Assembly (NCBI GenBank): GCA_963780475.1
Contig: CAWACB010000008.1
Coordinates: 617,857 to 681,856 of the forward strand
Source of the DNA: an uncultured Solirubrobacterales bacterium
GTDB taxonomy: Bacteria; Actinomycetota; Thermoleophilia; Solirubrobacterales; JBBDJG01
Length of the DNA stretch: 64,000 nucleotides
Direction: 5' to 3'
A program made the position numbers and the translations under genes. Below the pieces are notes generated by a model. It saw nothing but the letters and a program-made list of their open reading frames with translations, made no database searches and was not told the origin of the DNA. Positions 20,096 to 34,977 of this stretch are shown here, one piece after another; position 1 is the first letter of the stretch; each line of letters starts with the position of its first letter.

Positions 20096-20659
20096 CTAGA
20101 TGTCCAGCTCGATCTGCGAGGGGTTCTTCTGCCCCTGCGCGGGGATCTCGAGCTCCAGCGGCAGGTTGTCGTCAACCGACTCCCGCTTGAGCCGGAACAG
20201 CAGCAGCGCAGCCTTGTCGGGACCCAGCGCCGCCGGCGAGTCTGGCTCCGGGGAGGTCTTGTCCGCCGGTATGGGCCGACCGAAGTCGAGGCCGAAACCG
20301 GCCGACTGCGTCGTGTCCAGCGGCAGGTATTCGTTGTCCTGCGTGTCCTTGATCTTCAGGTCGCGCGGCGGCTGATAGGGGCGGTCTCCATGGTTGTTGA
20401 TCCGGACGAACGCCCCCAGGAAAGCCTCGTTCTTGCCCAGCGGGGCCTGCCCGCGCAGCAGGTCCGAGTCGGGACGTGCCTGCGGGTTCAGGATCCGCGT
20501 GAGCTGGACTTGGTAGTCCGTGTCGCCGACGTCGATGAACTCGCCCTCGTTGCCGACCGTGCGTGACTCCTCGTCTCCGCAGGCGGCAAGTCCGATCACC
20601 GCGAGCGCGACCAGCAGGGCCAGCAGCGGCCGCAGCGACTTCGAATTCAGGGAGCTCAC
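20096..20659 (-). CDS. lipoprotein, function unknown
   Basis: GTG start with signal peptide and lipobox LAVIGLAAC. 187 aa. Confidence 0.75.
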   Translation of the reverse strand: MSSLNSKSLRPLLALLVALAVIGLAACGDEESRTVGNEGEFIDVGDTDYQVQLTRILNPQARPDSDLLRGQAPLGKNEAFLGAFVRINNHGDRPYQPPRDLKIKDTQDNEYLPLDTTQSAGFGLDFGRPIPADKTSPEPDSPAALGPDKAALLLFRLKRESVDDNLPLELEIPAQGQKNPSQIELDI

Positions 20660-20671
20660 CGGCGGGGAAGT

Positions 20672-21163
20672 CTAACCGGCAGCCACCGTGGCAGCGCGGG
20701 TCGACGGACGCCCCTCCTCCAGGTTCCTGGCGAGGCGCTGCAGGCCGCCGCGGCTCTTCGACGCAAGCCACGCGCGAAAGCCGAGCAGGTCCTTCAGCCG
20801 GTCGGCCGACGTGGCGGGCACGGCCTCGAAGCTGTATTCGATGTGCGTCATGTCACGGCCGGTCTGGGTCAGCTCGTAGGCGGCCTCGGTCTTGATCCGG
20901 CCAAGCCGCCCCATCTGTCCCTCCAGCCGGATCAGGTGCGGCTGGTCGAGCTCCGTGATCACGGACTCGCCCCACGTTCGGCCGAGCGGAAATGCGATCC
21001 GGTAGCTCGCCGCGGCCCCGGTGCCGGATGACTGGAGCCGCTCGAGGCGGAAGTCGTGCAGGTAGCCCCCGGTGAACTCGGCGTGGTTCGCGATGTCGCT
21101 CAGGTACTCGAAGACCCGCTCGCGCGGAACGTCCACCACGGTGCTGATCGAGAACGGCCGCAT
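20672..21163 (-). CDS. SRPBCC (START/polyketide cyclase-like) family protein
   Basis: Starts MRPFSISTVVDVPRERVFEYLSDIANHAEF..., the typical SRPBCC N-terminus. 163 aa. Confidence 0.7.
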   Translation of the reverse strand: MRPFSISTVVDVPRERVFEYLSDIANHAEFTGGYLHDFRLERLQSSGTGAAASYRIAFPLGRTWGESVITELDQPHLIRLEGQMGRLGRIKTEAAYELTQTGRDMTHIEYSFEAVPATSADRLKDLLGFRAWLASKSRGGLQRLARNLEEGRPSTRAATVAAG

Positions 21164-21298
21164 CGGGATCGGGATTCTAATTAGCGGGCCGCCTTTTCGA
21201 CCGGGTGTAGAATCGGGTACCCGCCTGATCAGACGCTTTGTCCAAAGCGGCCCCTCCGACCGGCCTTTGCTAGCGGCAATTGCGTTTCCACCGGGCGA

Positions 21299-21325
21299 CG
21301 TGCAATTTGGCCCGCAAATTGCACG
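21299..21325. promoter_or_regulatory. AT-rich perfect inverted repeat (11-bp arms, 5-nt spacer), candidate operator
   Basis: CGTGCAATTTG-gcccg-CAAATTGCACG lies in the centre of the 299-bp divergent intergenic region between the SRPBCC and FHA genes. It is flanked by the direct repeats GTCCAAAGCGG at 21240-21250 and 21333-21343. Confidence 0.45.
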
Positions 21326-21462
21326 AATATCCGTCCAAAGCGGAAGTTTTGCAGGGGTACGTGTAGTAAAAAACATCACAAGCCCGCAGGGGTCCGGATG
21401 CTCCGGGCGGGATTAGGAAGCCGGCAGGGACGCGCTTGCAGGCAACCGAGAGGAGAGGTTTT

Positions 21463-22053
21463 TTGTCGAAGTACTCCACCGGCACCCTGGCCGGGGCGGG
21501 ATCGTTTAGCTGCGCGACCTGCGGCTTCCACGTCGCGCTGCACGCGCTCGACGAGATTCCGGAGTGCCCGAACTGCGGTAAGTCGGAGTTCGGCCGGGCA
21601 TCGATCTTCGACGCAGCCGACAGCGTCGGCTCATCCGGATTGCACGACGACGACCGGCCCGAATGGCTGACCGGCGTGCACGACGACCTCGAGCACGGCC
21701 AGTACCTCGTCCACGAGGCCGACGAAGGCATCGCGCTGCTGCCCCTGACGCGTGAGTGGACGCGGATCGGCCGCAGCCTGGCGGCCGACATCCGTCTCGA
21801 CGACCCGACGATTTCCCGCCGCCACGCCCTGCTGTGCCGGCAGGAGGGCGACACGCGCATACTCGACGACCGCAGCCTCAACGGCATCTTCGTGAACGGC
21901 GAACGCGTGGAGTGGGCCGACCTCTCCGACGGCGACGAGGTGATCGTCGGCCGCTACCGCCTGTTCTTCGTCGACAACGGCGAGCCGGCGGAGGATGCCG
22001 ACGACGAGTCTCCCCGCGCGCGCCCGGCAGACCGGCTCATCTGGGCCGGCTGA
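21463..22053 (+). CDS. zinc-ribbon + FHA domain protein
   Basis: TTG start after GAGGAGAGG. Zinc ribbon CATCG...CPNCG, then an FHA core (TRIGRSLAADIRLDDPTISRRHALL...SLNGIFVNGERV). Confidence 0.8.
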   Translation: MSKYSTGTLAGAGSFSCATCGFHVALHALDEIPECPNCGKSEFGRASIFDAADSVGSSGLHDDDRPEWLTGVHDDLEHGQYLVHEADEGIALLPLTREWTRIGRSLAADIRLDDPTISRRHALLCRQEGDTRILDDRSLNGIFVNGERVEWADLSDGDEVIVGRYRLFFVDNGEPAEDADDESPRARPADRLIWAG

Positions 22054-22142
22054 AGCCTCCCGGTTCCGCGCGCCGCAGCTCCCCTGCACAAGCCCGGTCC
22101 CTCCGCGACCGCACCCCTTCGCGACCACCTTTCAGTCGCTGT

Positions 22143-22177
22143 GGGGAGTTGAGGTCGCATAGCGACCTGAAGTCCCC
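22143..22177. terminator. long imperfect hairpin between convergent genes
   Basis: GGGGAGTTGAGGTCGC-ata-GCGACCTGAAGTCCCC forms a 16-bp stem with two G.G mismatches. It lies between the 3' ends of the FHA gene and gltB. There is no U-tract. Confidence 0.3.
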
Positions 22178-22358
22178 AAAGCGACCGTGACGGGCCTCGT
22201 TTCGCGGGTCCCAGCTGCGTCGAAGTCGCCGCAGACGCCCCGCACAACAGCGCGATTCGTTGCTCTTACATGCTGGTTTTCGTTTCGGGCGGCGCGCGGA
22301 CGGCGGGGCGGCGGCGGGCAGTCGGGGCGGCGCGCGGCCGGCGCGGACGCGGCGGGAG

Positions 22359-27125
<4,767 letters not shown>

Positions 27126-27259
27126 ATTTTCTCCTCCCGGGTACCGCGCCTTCTTCGAGCGGGCGCGCGACGGGTTCCTGTGCGGTGGGCCATTATAGTC
27201 CCGCTCGGGGAGCCCTTACAGGTGCGGTTGCGAAGAAGCGCTTCGTCCCCCGCCCAACT

Positions 27260-28078
27260 ATGCCAACCATCCTGCCGTCGCCCAGCCCCACCATCGCGGT
27301 CCTGTCGCAGAAAGGCGGGACCGGGAAGACGACCATGGTGCGCACACTCACCGATGTGCTGCGCCGCGTGGGGCTCGACGTGCTGCCGGTCGACCTGGAC
27401 CCGCAGGGCAATCTCTCCGACTACTTCGACGTCGATCCGGAGGCGAATCCCACCATCGGCGAGGTGCTCGCCGGTCGTGCGCGCGCGGTAGACGCGATCC
27501 ACAAGAGCATGATCCCCGCGAACCTCGGGCTCGCCGAGGCGGAGCTGGTGCTGGCCGGCAAGATGGGACGCGAGCTGACGCTCAAGCGCGCGCTCAGCGA
27601 GTCGCGCCGCCAGCACGACGTGATCATCATCGACTGCCCGCCGGCACTCGGCCTTCTGACGGTCAACGCGCTCGTCGCCTCCACGCACTCGCTGGTCAGC
27701 ACCGAAGGCGAGTACTTCTCGCTCCAGGGCGTCGAGCAGGTGCTCGAGGTGATGGAGCTGGCGCGCGACAACCTGAACGAGAACCTGAACTGGCTCGGCG
27801 TGGTCATGAACATGGTCGACCTGCGCACGATCCACTCGCGCGAGGCGCTGCAGACCCTGCGCCAGAACTTCGGTGGCAAGGTGTTCCAGACCGTCATCCG
27901 CAAGTCGATCCGCTACCCGGAGTCGGCCGAGCGGGGCGTGTCGATCCTGGACTACCGGCCCGAGCTCGGCACCGACTACATCGCGCTCGCGGACGAGGTG
28001 CTGACCCGGCTCGGCGACGAGGAGACGCGCGAGCGCCTGAGCGCGCTGCGCACCGAGCTGTACGCCGAGGTCGGCTGA
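27260..28078 (+). CDS. ParA/Soj-family ATPase (no adjacent parB)
   Basis: Deviant Walker A SQKGGTGKTT, plus DLDPQGN and IIIDCPPALG. 272 aa. Confidence 0.85.
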   Translation: MPTILPSPSPTIAVLSQKGGTGKTTMVRTLTDVLRRVGLDVLPVDLDPQGNLSDYFDVDPEANPTIGEVLAGRARAVDAIHKSMIPANLGLAEAELVLAGKMGRELTLKRALSESRRQHDVIIIDCPPALGLLTVNALVASTHSLVSTEGEYFSLQGVEQVLEVMELARDNLNENLNWLGVVMNMVDLRTIHSREALQTLRQNFGGKVFQTVIRKSIRYPESAERGVSILDYRPELGTDYIALADEVLTRLGDEETRERLSALRTELYAEVG

Positions 28079-28091
28079 CCGCGGGACGGTA

Positions 28092-28973
28092 ATGGCGCGC
28101 GAGCACTACGACGTGCGAGGCAAGGTCGCCTTCATCACGGGAGCCTCACGTGGGATCGGCGCGGACGCGGCAAAGCGGCTGGTCGATCGCGGGGCGAGCG
28201 TCGCGCTGTTCGACATCGACGCGGCGGAGGTGCAGGCCCGCGCGGAGGAGATCGGCTCTCAGGCGATCGCGTTCGGCGGCGACGTCACCGATTGGGCTTC
28301 GCTCGAGGAAGGCGTGTCCGGAACGGTCGAGCGCTTCGGCGGCATCGACATCGTGATGGCCAATGCCGGGATCGGCCCGGCGGGATCGTTCGGCGCGATC
28401 GACCCGGCCGTCTTCGAGCGCACGATCGAGGTCAACCTCGTGGGCGTGTGGCGCACGATCCGGGTGGCGCTTCCGCACGTCGTGGCGCGACAGGGATACA
28501 TCCTCCCCACCGCCTCCGCGGCGGCCGCCATGCACGCGCCGCTGCTTGGTCACTATGCGGCGACCAAGGCGGGCGTCGAGGCGATGACGAACTCGCTCCG
28601 CCAGGAGGTCTGGCACACCGGAACGCGCTGCGGAGTCGCCTACTTCAGCTTCATCGACACCCGGATGGTGAGCGAGGGGTTCGCACATCCGGCGGCGCAG
28701 ATGATGCGCGACGCCATGCCGGGCATGTTCGGCGCGACCTCGCCGCTGTCCGACGCGGGCGAGGCGATCATGCGCGGCATCGAGCGCCGCGCGCGCGAGG
28801 TCTACGCGCCACGCTGGGTGAAGCCGGTGCTGTGGGCGCGCGGCGTCCTTCAGCCGCTGGCCGAGCGCCGCAACCGCAGGCCCGAGATCGCCGAGGCGGT
28901 GCGGCTCGACGAACAGGTGCGGGTCACCCACCAGGACGAGGACCCGGTCGCGCAGGAGTCAGCGGGAGCCTAG
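28092..28973 (+). CDS. short-chain dehydrogenase/reductase
   Basis: TGASRGIG, NAG, and the YAATKAG catalytic motif. 293 aa. Confidence 0.85.
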   Translation: MAREHYDVRGKVAFITGASRGIGADAAKRLVDRGASVALFDIDAAEVQARAEEIGSQAIAFGGDVTDWASLEEGVSGTVERFGGIDIVMANAGIGPAGSFGAIDPAVFERTIEVNLVGVWRTIRVALPHVVARQGYILPTASAAAAMHAPLLGHYAATKAGVEAMTNSLRQEVWHTGTRCGVAYFSFIDTRMVSEGFAHPAAQMMRDAMPGMFGATSPLSDAGEAIMRGIERRAREVYAPRWVKPVLWARGVLQPLAERRNRRPEIAEAVRLDEQVRVTHQDEDPVAQESAGA

Positions 28974-29009
28974 TCGGGAGACTGCCGGCTGCGGACTGCG
29001 GACTGCGGA

Positions 29010-29873
29010 CTAGAGCTCAGCCACGTCCGCCCCGTGGGCGACGAAGTTGAGCCGCCGCACCTCGGCCCAGCCGTCGGCTTCCATCCGTAGCCGCTCCACC
29101 AGCGCTCCGGTCTGCTCGAAGAACACCCAGAACAGGACGGCCGGCCCGGCGCCTGAGATCGTCGCGCCGAGGGCGCCGAGTTCCTGCGCGCGCTGGACCA
29201 GCTCCATCGAGCGCGGGTAGAGGCCCGCGCGGCGGGGCTGGTGGATCCGGTCCTGCATGCCGCGCGCGATCAGGGCCAGGTCGGCCTGCGCCAGCCCCAG
29301 CGCCAGCAGTGACGCATGCGCCACGTTGAAGGTGGCATCCGAAAGCGGCACCTCGGCCGGCAGCGCCGCCCGCGCCCTGGAGGTCGGCACCGCGTCGTCG
29401 GGGATCAGCGCGACTGCCTCGAGCCCGGAAGGCGGCTCGATGCCGAACGCCCGCCCGTCGGCGCAGATCACGAACCCGCCGTAGAGCGACGCGGCGACGT
29501 TGTCCGGGTGGCCCTCGATCCGGGTGGCCCGCTCGAGGATCTCCTCGCGCGGCAGCGCCAGCTCGAACATGTGGTCCGCGGCGACCAGCGCCGCGACGAT
29601 CGCTGCGCCACTGGATCCGAGCCCTCCCGTGATTGGGATCTCGGAGCGGATGCGAAAGGTGAGGCCGTCCACCGGGTGCACGTCGGCAAACGCGCGCACG
29701 CACAGGTTGCTGCGGTCCGCCGGCAGCGCGGAGTCGCCCGGGTCCACAGAGAACTCGCCCGTCTCCTCGACCTCGAGGGACAGATGCAGCGACAGCGCCG
29801 CCGCCATTGCGTCGAAGCCCGGCCCGAGGTTGGCTGACGACGCGGGCACGGTGACCCGCCGGCGCCTTCCCAT
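29010..29873 (-). CDS. thrB: homoserine kinase
   Basis: Starts [21 protein letters not shown] and carries the GHMP motif ITGGLGSSGAA. The start overlaps the thrC stop. Confidence 0.9.
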   Translation of the reverse strand: MGRRRRVTVPASSANLGPGFDAMAAALSLHLSLEVEETGEFSVDPGDSALPADRSNLCVRAFADVHPVDGLTFRIRSEIPITGGLGSSGAAIVAALVAADHMFELALPREEILERATRIEGHPDNVAASLYGGFVICADGRAFGIEPPSGLEAVALIPDDAVPTSRARAALPAEVPLSDATFNVAHASLLALGLAQADLALIARGMQDRIHQPRRAGLYPRSMELVQRAQELGALGATISGAGPAVLFWVFFEQTGALVERLRMEADGWAEVRRLNFVAHGADVAEL

Positions 29874-30913
29874 CAGTCGCTCAGCACCGCGCGCTCGATG
29901 TCCGCCAGTACCGGGTCGCAGGACACAAGCGGTCCCGCCTGCTCGAGCACGATCTCCGGGTCCTTCAGGCCGTGGCCGGTGAGCACGCAGACGAGCAGGC
30001 CGCCCTCGGGCGGGGTCTTGAGCACACCGGCGACGCTGGCCGCCGAGGCCGGCTCGCAGAAGACTCCCTCCACCGACGCGAGCCACTTCTGCGCGGACAG
30101 GATCTCCTCGTCGCTGACGGCCGCGATCGTGCCGCCCGACTGCTCGAGCGCCTCCTCCGCCTCCTTCCAGCGCGCCGGGTTCCCGATCCGGATCGCCGAG
30201 GCGACCGTCTCCGGTCTCTCGACCGGCCGGCCGATCACGAGTGGCGCGGCGCCCTCGGCCTGGAACCCGTGCAGGCGCGGCAGCCCCTGCCCGTACTCGC
30301 TGAACCCGCGCCACCAGGCGGTCACGTTGCCGGCGTTGCCGACCGGGATCGAAAGGGCGTCGGGCGCCGCTCCGAGCTCGTCGCACACCTCGAATGCGGC
30401 TGTCTTCTGGCCCTCGATGCGGTACGGGTTGATCGAGTTGACCAGCTCGACCGGGTGACGCGCGACCACCTCGCGCACGATCTCGAGCGCCTGGTCGAAG
30501 TTGCCGCGCAGCTCGATCACGCGCGCGCCGTGCATCACCGCCTGGGCGAGCTTGCCCCGCGCGATCTTGCCCTCGGGAACGATCACCGCGCAGCGCATGC
30601 CGGCCCGTGCCGCGTAGGCGGCGGCGCTCGCGGCGGTGTTGCCGGTGGAGGCGCAGATGACCGCCTCCGCTCCCTTGCCCGCGGCCCACGACACGGCGAC
30701 CGTCATCCCGCGGTCCTTGAAGCTGCCGGTCGGGTTCATGCCTTCGAACTTGAGGTGCGTCTCGACGCCGAGCCGCTCCGACAGCCGCGGCGCGTGGATC
30801 AGCGGCGTCGAGCCTTCCATCAGTGAGATCACCGGGTCGTCCGGCGACAGCGGGAGGCGATCGCGGTAGCGCTCGATCAGAGGAAGACGCGCCTGGGCAG
30901 TTGTCCGGCTCAC
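29873..30913 (-). CDS. thrC: threonine synthase
   Basis: GTG start overlaps the hom stop (GTGA). PLP-lysine motif [10 protein letters not shown]. 346 aa. Confidence 0.9.
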   Translation of the reverse strand: MSRTTAQARLPLIERYRDRLPLSPDDPVISLMEGSTPLIHAPRLSERLGVETHLKFEGMNPTGSFKDRGMTVAVSWAAGKGAEAVICASTGNTAASAAAYAARAGMRCAVIVPEGKIARGKLAQAVMHGARVIELRGNFDQALEIVREVVARHPVELVNSINPYRIEGQKTAAFEVCDELGAAPDALSIPVGNAGNVTAWWRGFSEYGQGLPRLHGFQAEGAAPLVIGRPVERPETVASAIRIGNPARWKEAEEALEQSGGTIAAVSDEEILSAQKWLASVEGVFCEPASAASVAGVLKTPPEGGLLVCVLTGHGLKDPEIVLEQAGPLVSCDPVLADIERAVLSD

Positions 30914-32143
30914 GACACGAACTCCTCTTCGATCACGCGGATCGACCGCGGCGGCGCGCGCAGCAGGTCGAGCTCGCCGATCTCCGCGACCGCCGCGTTG
31001 AAGCGGCCCTCCGGGACGGCGTGCAGGACCATCACGAGCCGCGCGTTCTCGCCGATCCCCTTTTGCACCACGCTCTTCACGCTCACGCCGTTGTCTCCCA
31101 GGATTTGCGCGATCTGCGCGAGCACTCCGGGCTCGTCGGCGACCTCGAGGTGCAGGTAGAAGGCCGACTCCACCTCCTCGGAGGGAATCAGCTCCACCTG
31201 TTCGGTCGCCTCCAGGTCCATGCCCGGGCTGGACATCACCGACACCACGTCTCCGAGCACCGCCGACGCAGTCTGCGGGCCGCCGGCGCCCGGCCCCGAC
31301 AGCGTCACCTCGGTGATCGCCGGCGACTCGAGCGTCACCGCGTTGAAGGGCCCCACCACCGACGCAAGCGGATGGCCTCCGTACAGGAAGCACGGGAAGA
31401 CCCGCACGCTCACCCGCCCGTCGCGGCGCTCGGCCACGCCGAGCAGCTTGAGCACCAGCCCCAGCTCCTTGGCGTAGTCGATGTCGTCGGCGGTGATCCC
31501 CTCGATGCCCTCGAACGGCACCTGGTCGAGCGTCACTCCGGCCTGGAACGCAAGCCGTGCGAGGATCGCCATCTTCGCCGCCGCGTCCTTGCCGGTCACG
31601 TCCTCGGTCGGGTCCGCCTCCGCGTAGCCCAGCTCCTGCGCACGCGAAAGCGAATCGCCGTAGGAGGCGCCGGTGCGGGCCATCTCGCTGAGGATGTAGT
31701 TGGTGGTGCCGTTCACGATCCCGTGCACCTTCTCGATGTGTGCGCCTGCGAACGACTCCCGCATCACCCTGATCACCGGCACGACTCCAGCGACCGCCGC
31801 CTCATAGCGGAGCTGCGTTCCGGCAGCGCGGGCCGCGGCGAACAACTCGTCGCCGTGCTGGCTGAGCAGCTGCTTGTTGGCGGTCACCACCGGCTTGCCC
31901 GCCTCGAGCGCGCGCAGCGCGTACGTGCGCGCCGGCTCGATGCCCGCCGATCAGCTCGACGACCGCGTCCGCCGACTCCAGGATCTCGTCGAAGGAGCCC
32001 TGCGAGCGGGTCAGCACGCCGCACAGCTCGGGCCGCCGGCCGGTGGCGGCCGCGATCGCCTCAGCGCGCTCGGAGAGCAGCGCGTCGAACGCGCCGCCCA
32101 CCGTCCCGTGTCCGAGCAGCCCGACGCGGAACGGTTCGCTCAT
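30910..32143 (-). CDS. hom: homoserine dehydrogenase (1-nt frame break near 31944)
   Basis: The N-terminus [17 protein letters not shown]...VVELIGG (ORF 31802-32143) continues as [26 protein letters not shown] in ORF 30910-31890. A C-terminal ACT domain is present. Confidence 0.85.
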
Positions 32144-33426
32144 ACGTCGCGCGCAGCCAGGTCGGCGTAGGTCTCGCGCCGCACGACGACACGCGCGTTG
32201 CCGTCCTTGCAGAAGATCACGGGCGGCCTCGGAACACCGTTGTAGTTGTTGGCCATCGCATAGCCGTACGCGCCGGTAGCCGGGGTCACCAGCACATCAC
32301 CGATTCGCGGCTCGGCCAGCTCGACCTGCTGGATCAGGATGTCCCCGGACTCGCAGTGCATGCCGGCGATCGTGGCCTCGTGCGTCGGAGAGGCCTCGGC
32401 TCGATCGGCGATCAGGGCCTCGTAGCGGGCGCCGTAGAGCATCGGACGCAGGTTGTCCGACATGCCGCCGTCGACCGCAACGTAGGTGCGCACGCCCGGA
32501 ATCTCCTTGATGGTGCCGATCCGGTACGCCGTCACCCCCGAGTTGCCCACCAGCGAGCGGCCCGGCTCGACGAGGATCCGCGGCACCGGGTCGAAGGCCT
32601 CCTGCACGGCCCGCACCTTCACGTCGGCGTAGTCCTCGATCGTGCCGGGCTCGTCCTGCGCGGTGTAGGCGATGCCGAGGCCGCCGCCCACGTTCAGCAG
32701 CCGGCATTCGAAGTCGATGAAGTCCGCCAGCAGCTGGATCGTCTTGACGTAGGGCTCGAACTCGAAGATCTGCGAGCCGATGTGGGCGTGGATCCCGACC
32801 AGGCGCAGGTTGCGCGACCCGCGCACCCGGCGCACCGCCTCCGCCGCGAGCCCGTCCTCGAGCCCGAAGCCGAACTTCGAGTCGAGCTGACCGGTCTGTA
32901 TGTATGAGTGGGTCGACGGCTTGATGCCGGGCGTCACGCGGATCAGGACGTCCTGAGGGCGGTCGAGCAGGCGATCGGCGAGCTCGATCTCGGAGAACGA
33001 GTCGAGGACCAGGTGGCCGATGCCGGCGTCAAACGCGAGGCGCAGCTCGTCCTCGGTCTTGTTGTTGCCGTGCATGTAGATGCGGCCCGGCTCGAAGCCG
33101 CCGCGCAGCGCCAGGTACAGCTCCCCGCCCGAAGCGACATCGACTGACAGGCCCTCCTCCGCCATCACCCGGTAGGCGGCCGTCACGGGCAGCGCCTTGG
33201 AGGCGTAGATGACCTCGAAGTCGTCGGTCCGGGCGGCAAAGGCGTCCATGAATGCGCGTGCGCGGGCGCGCATGTCGTCCTCCGAGTAGACGTAGGCGGG
33301 CGTCCCGTGTTCGGCCGCCAGGTCGACGACGTCGCAGCCACCGATCTCGAGATGGCCGCGCTCGTTCACGCGAGTGCCAAGCGGGTATGCGTGGCCGAAG
33401 GCGGTCGTAGCCATAATCGTCGCCAT
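32140..33426 (-). CDS. lysA: diaminopimelate decarboxylase
   Basis: Motifs YASKA, GGGLGI, EPGRSLV, CESGD. ATG at 33426, with an alternative at 33414. The stop overlaps the hom start (ATGA). Confidence 0.9.
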   Translation of the reverse strand: MATIMATTAFGHAYPLGTRVNERGHLEIGGCDVVDLAAEHGTPAYVYSEDDMRARARAFMDAFAARTDDFEVIYASKALPVTAAYRVMAEEGLSVDVASGGELYLALRGGFEPGRIYMHGNNKTEDELRLAFDAGIGHLVLDSFSEIELADRLLDRPQDVLIRVTPGIKPSTHSYIQTGQLDSKFGFGLEDGLAAEAVRRVRGSRNLRLVGIHAHIGSQIFEFEPYVKTIQLLADFIDFECRLLNVGGGLGIAYTAQDEPGTIEDYADVKVRAVQEAFDPVPRILVEPGRSLVGNSGVTAYRIGTIKEIPGVRTYVAVDGGMSDNLRPMLYGARYEALIADRAEASPTHEATIAGMHCESGDILIQQVELAEPRIGDVLVTPATGAYGYAMANNYNGVPRPPVIFCKDGNARVVVRRETYADLAARDV

Positions 33427-33427
33427 T

Positions 33428-34194
33428 ATGGAGTACACGTCTCCCCTGCAACCGGCCCAAACCGGGCGCCTCGACGGGATCGCATGGTGCCTGTGGCTAC
33501 CGAACGAGGCGATCGAACCGCGCAGCGGCGACCCGGTTCCGGCCGTGATCATCCTGCACGGCGCCGGCTCCCGGAAGGAGAATCACGCCGACTTCGCCCG
33601 GGCCGCGACGGCCTACGGCTTCGCCGCGCTGACCTTCGACAACCGCGGCCACGGCGAGACCGAGGGCGACCTCGGGGCGAGCGTGATCGACGACCTGGGC
33701 GCGCTCGCGCGGATGCTCGCGGAACGGGACGAGATCGACGGCGCAGCGGATCGCCGTGCGCGGGTCGAGCATGGGCGGGCTGATGGCGCTGCACCTCGGC
33801 GCCTCCTCGCCGGCAGTCGCGCGCGGTCGTGGCGATCTGCCCGGCGGCCGAGTGGATGCTGGCCGAGGACGTCCAGCGCGTGGCGGACGGCAAATCCCCG
33901 CCCGAGGGAAGCGCGCTCAACGAGATGCGCATCGACGCCGAATCCCTGCTCGAGTGGCTCGACGGGAACGACGTCGAGCGGGCGGTCGAGCAGCTCGGCT
34001 CCAAGCCGCTGATGCTGGTGCACGCGCGCGGCGACGAGGTGGTGCCCCCTTCGAACTCGGAGCGCCTCTACGAAATCGCCGCGGAGCCGAAGCGGCTGCT
34101 GATGCTCGAGGGCGGCGACCACCGCTCGGCCCAGCACGACGCGGAGGTCCAGGGCGAGACCCTCACCTGGCTGATGCGGGCGCTCCGGCGCTAG
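33428..34194 (+). CDS. alpha/beta hydrolase (two frame breaks near 33745 and 33822)
   Basis: Starts MEYTSPLQ. The motifs VIILHGAGS, the nucleophile elbow GSSMGG (frame of ORF 33756), and LMLVHARGDEVV...GGDH (ORF 33829-34194) lie in three frames. Confidence 0.7.
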
Positions 34195-34951
34195 GCGGGG
34201 CCGAGACCAGCAGCCGCTGGCGCGCGCGGGCGATCAGCAGCCACGTCACACCCGCGATCATCAGCACGAGGCTCTGCAGCTGGGGCGCGGTGAGGCCGGC
34301 CACCACCTCGTCGTTGCGGCGGATGAACTCGACCAGGAAGCGCTCGGTCCCGGCCGCAACCAGGTAGATCGCGAACAGGATTCCCGGCTGCACGCGATCA
34401 CGCAGCAGCCAGAGTCCCCATGCGACGAGGCCCATCGCGATCGACTCGTAGATCGGGGTCGGGTGCACCCGGTCGTCGGTCGGGACGGTGCCGTCCGGAT
34501 ATGACATCGCCCACGGCAGGTCGGACGGCTCGCCATAGTCGCCGTCGCCCGATATCTGGCACCCCACCCGGCCGATGGCGTAGCCCAGCGCCAGCGCCGG
34601 CGCGCACACGTCGAGCAGCGTCACCGACAGGAACCCGCGCCAGGCCGCCCAGGCGCAGACAGCGATGGCGCCGCCGATCGCGCCGCCGTACCAGACCAGC
34701 CCGTCCCCGGAGAAGATGCTGCCGAGCAGGTCGTCGGATGCCGTGTCCCAGTGCTGGATCACGAAGTAGGCGCGGGCGCCGACCAGTCCGCCGACCAGCG
34801 CGGCAAGGACGATCTCGTAGGCCCAGTCGACCGGCTTGCCGAGCTCCGCCAACCGCCGCGCGATCACGAGCCCCGAGGCCACGAAGCCCAAGGAGAACAT
34901 GATGCCGAAGGTCTGAAGAGTGAGCGGGCCGAGGTTGAGCTCGGGCTGCAT
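34163..34951 (-). CDS. lgt: prolipoprotein diacylglyceryl transferase
   Basis: 262 aa. Motifs GRVGCQISGDGDYG and HPTPIYES. Confidence 0.9.
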   Translation of the reverse strand: MQPELNLGPLTLQTFGIMFSLGFVASGLVIARRLAELGKPVDWAYEIVLAALVGGLVGARAYFVIQHWDTASDDLLGSIFSGDGLVWYGGAIGGAIAVCAWAAWRGFLSVTLLDVCAPALALGYAIGRVGCQISGDGDYGEPSDLPWAMSYPDGTVPTDDRVHPTPIYESIAMGLVAWGLWLLRDRVQPGILFAIYLVAAGTERFLVEFIRRNDEVVAGLTAPQLQSLVLMIAGVTWLLIARARQRLLVSAPPSAGAPASAR

Positions 34952-34977
34952 CGGCCCTGATTATCGCGAGCGGCCGG

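Noticed and set aside
27192-27197. A TATAAT hexamer on the minus strand, 67 nt upstream of the gltB TTG start, as a possible -10 box.
   Set aside because: There is no convincing -35 at 16-18 nt (ctgtaa/tgtaag). A single hexamer match cannot be distinguished from chance without transcription start data.
28989-29009. (CTGCGGA)x3 heptanucleotide microsatellite between the SDR and thrB 3' ends.
   Set aside because: It is very short, forms no hairpin and has no recognisable function. It is noted only as a possible slippage site.
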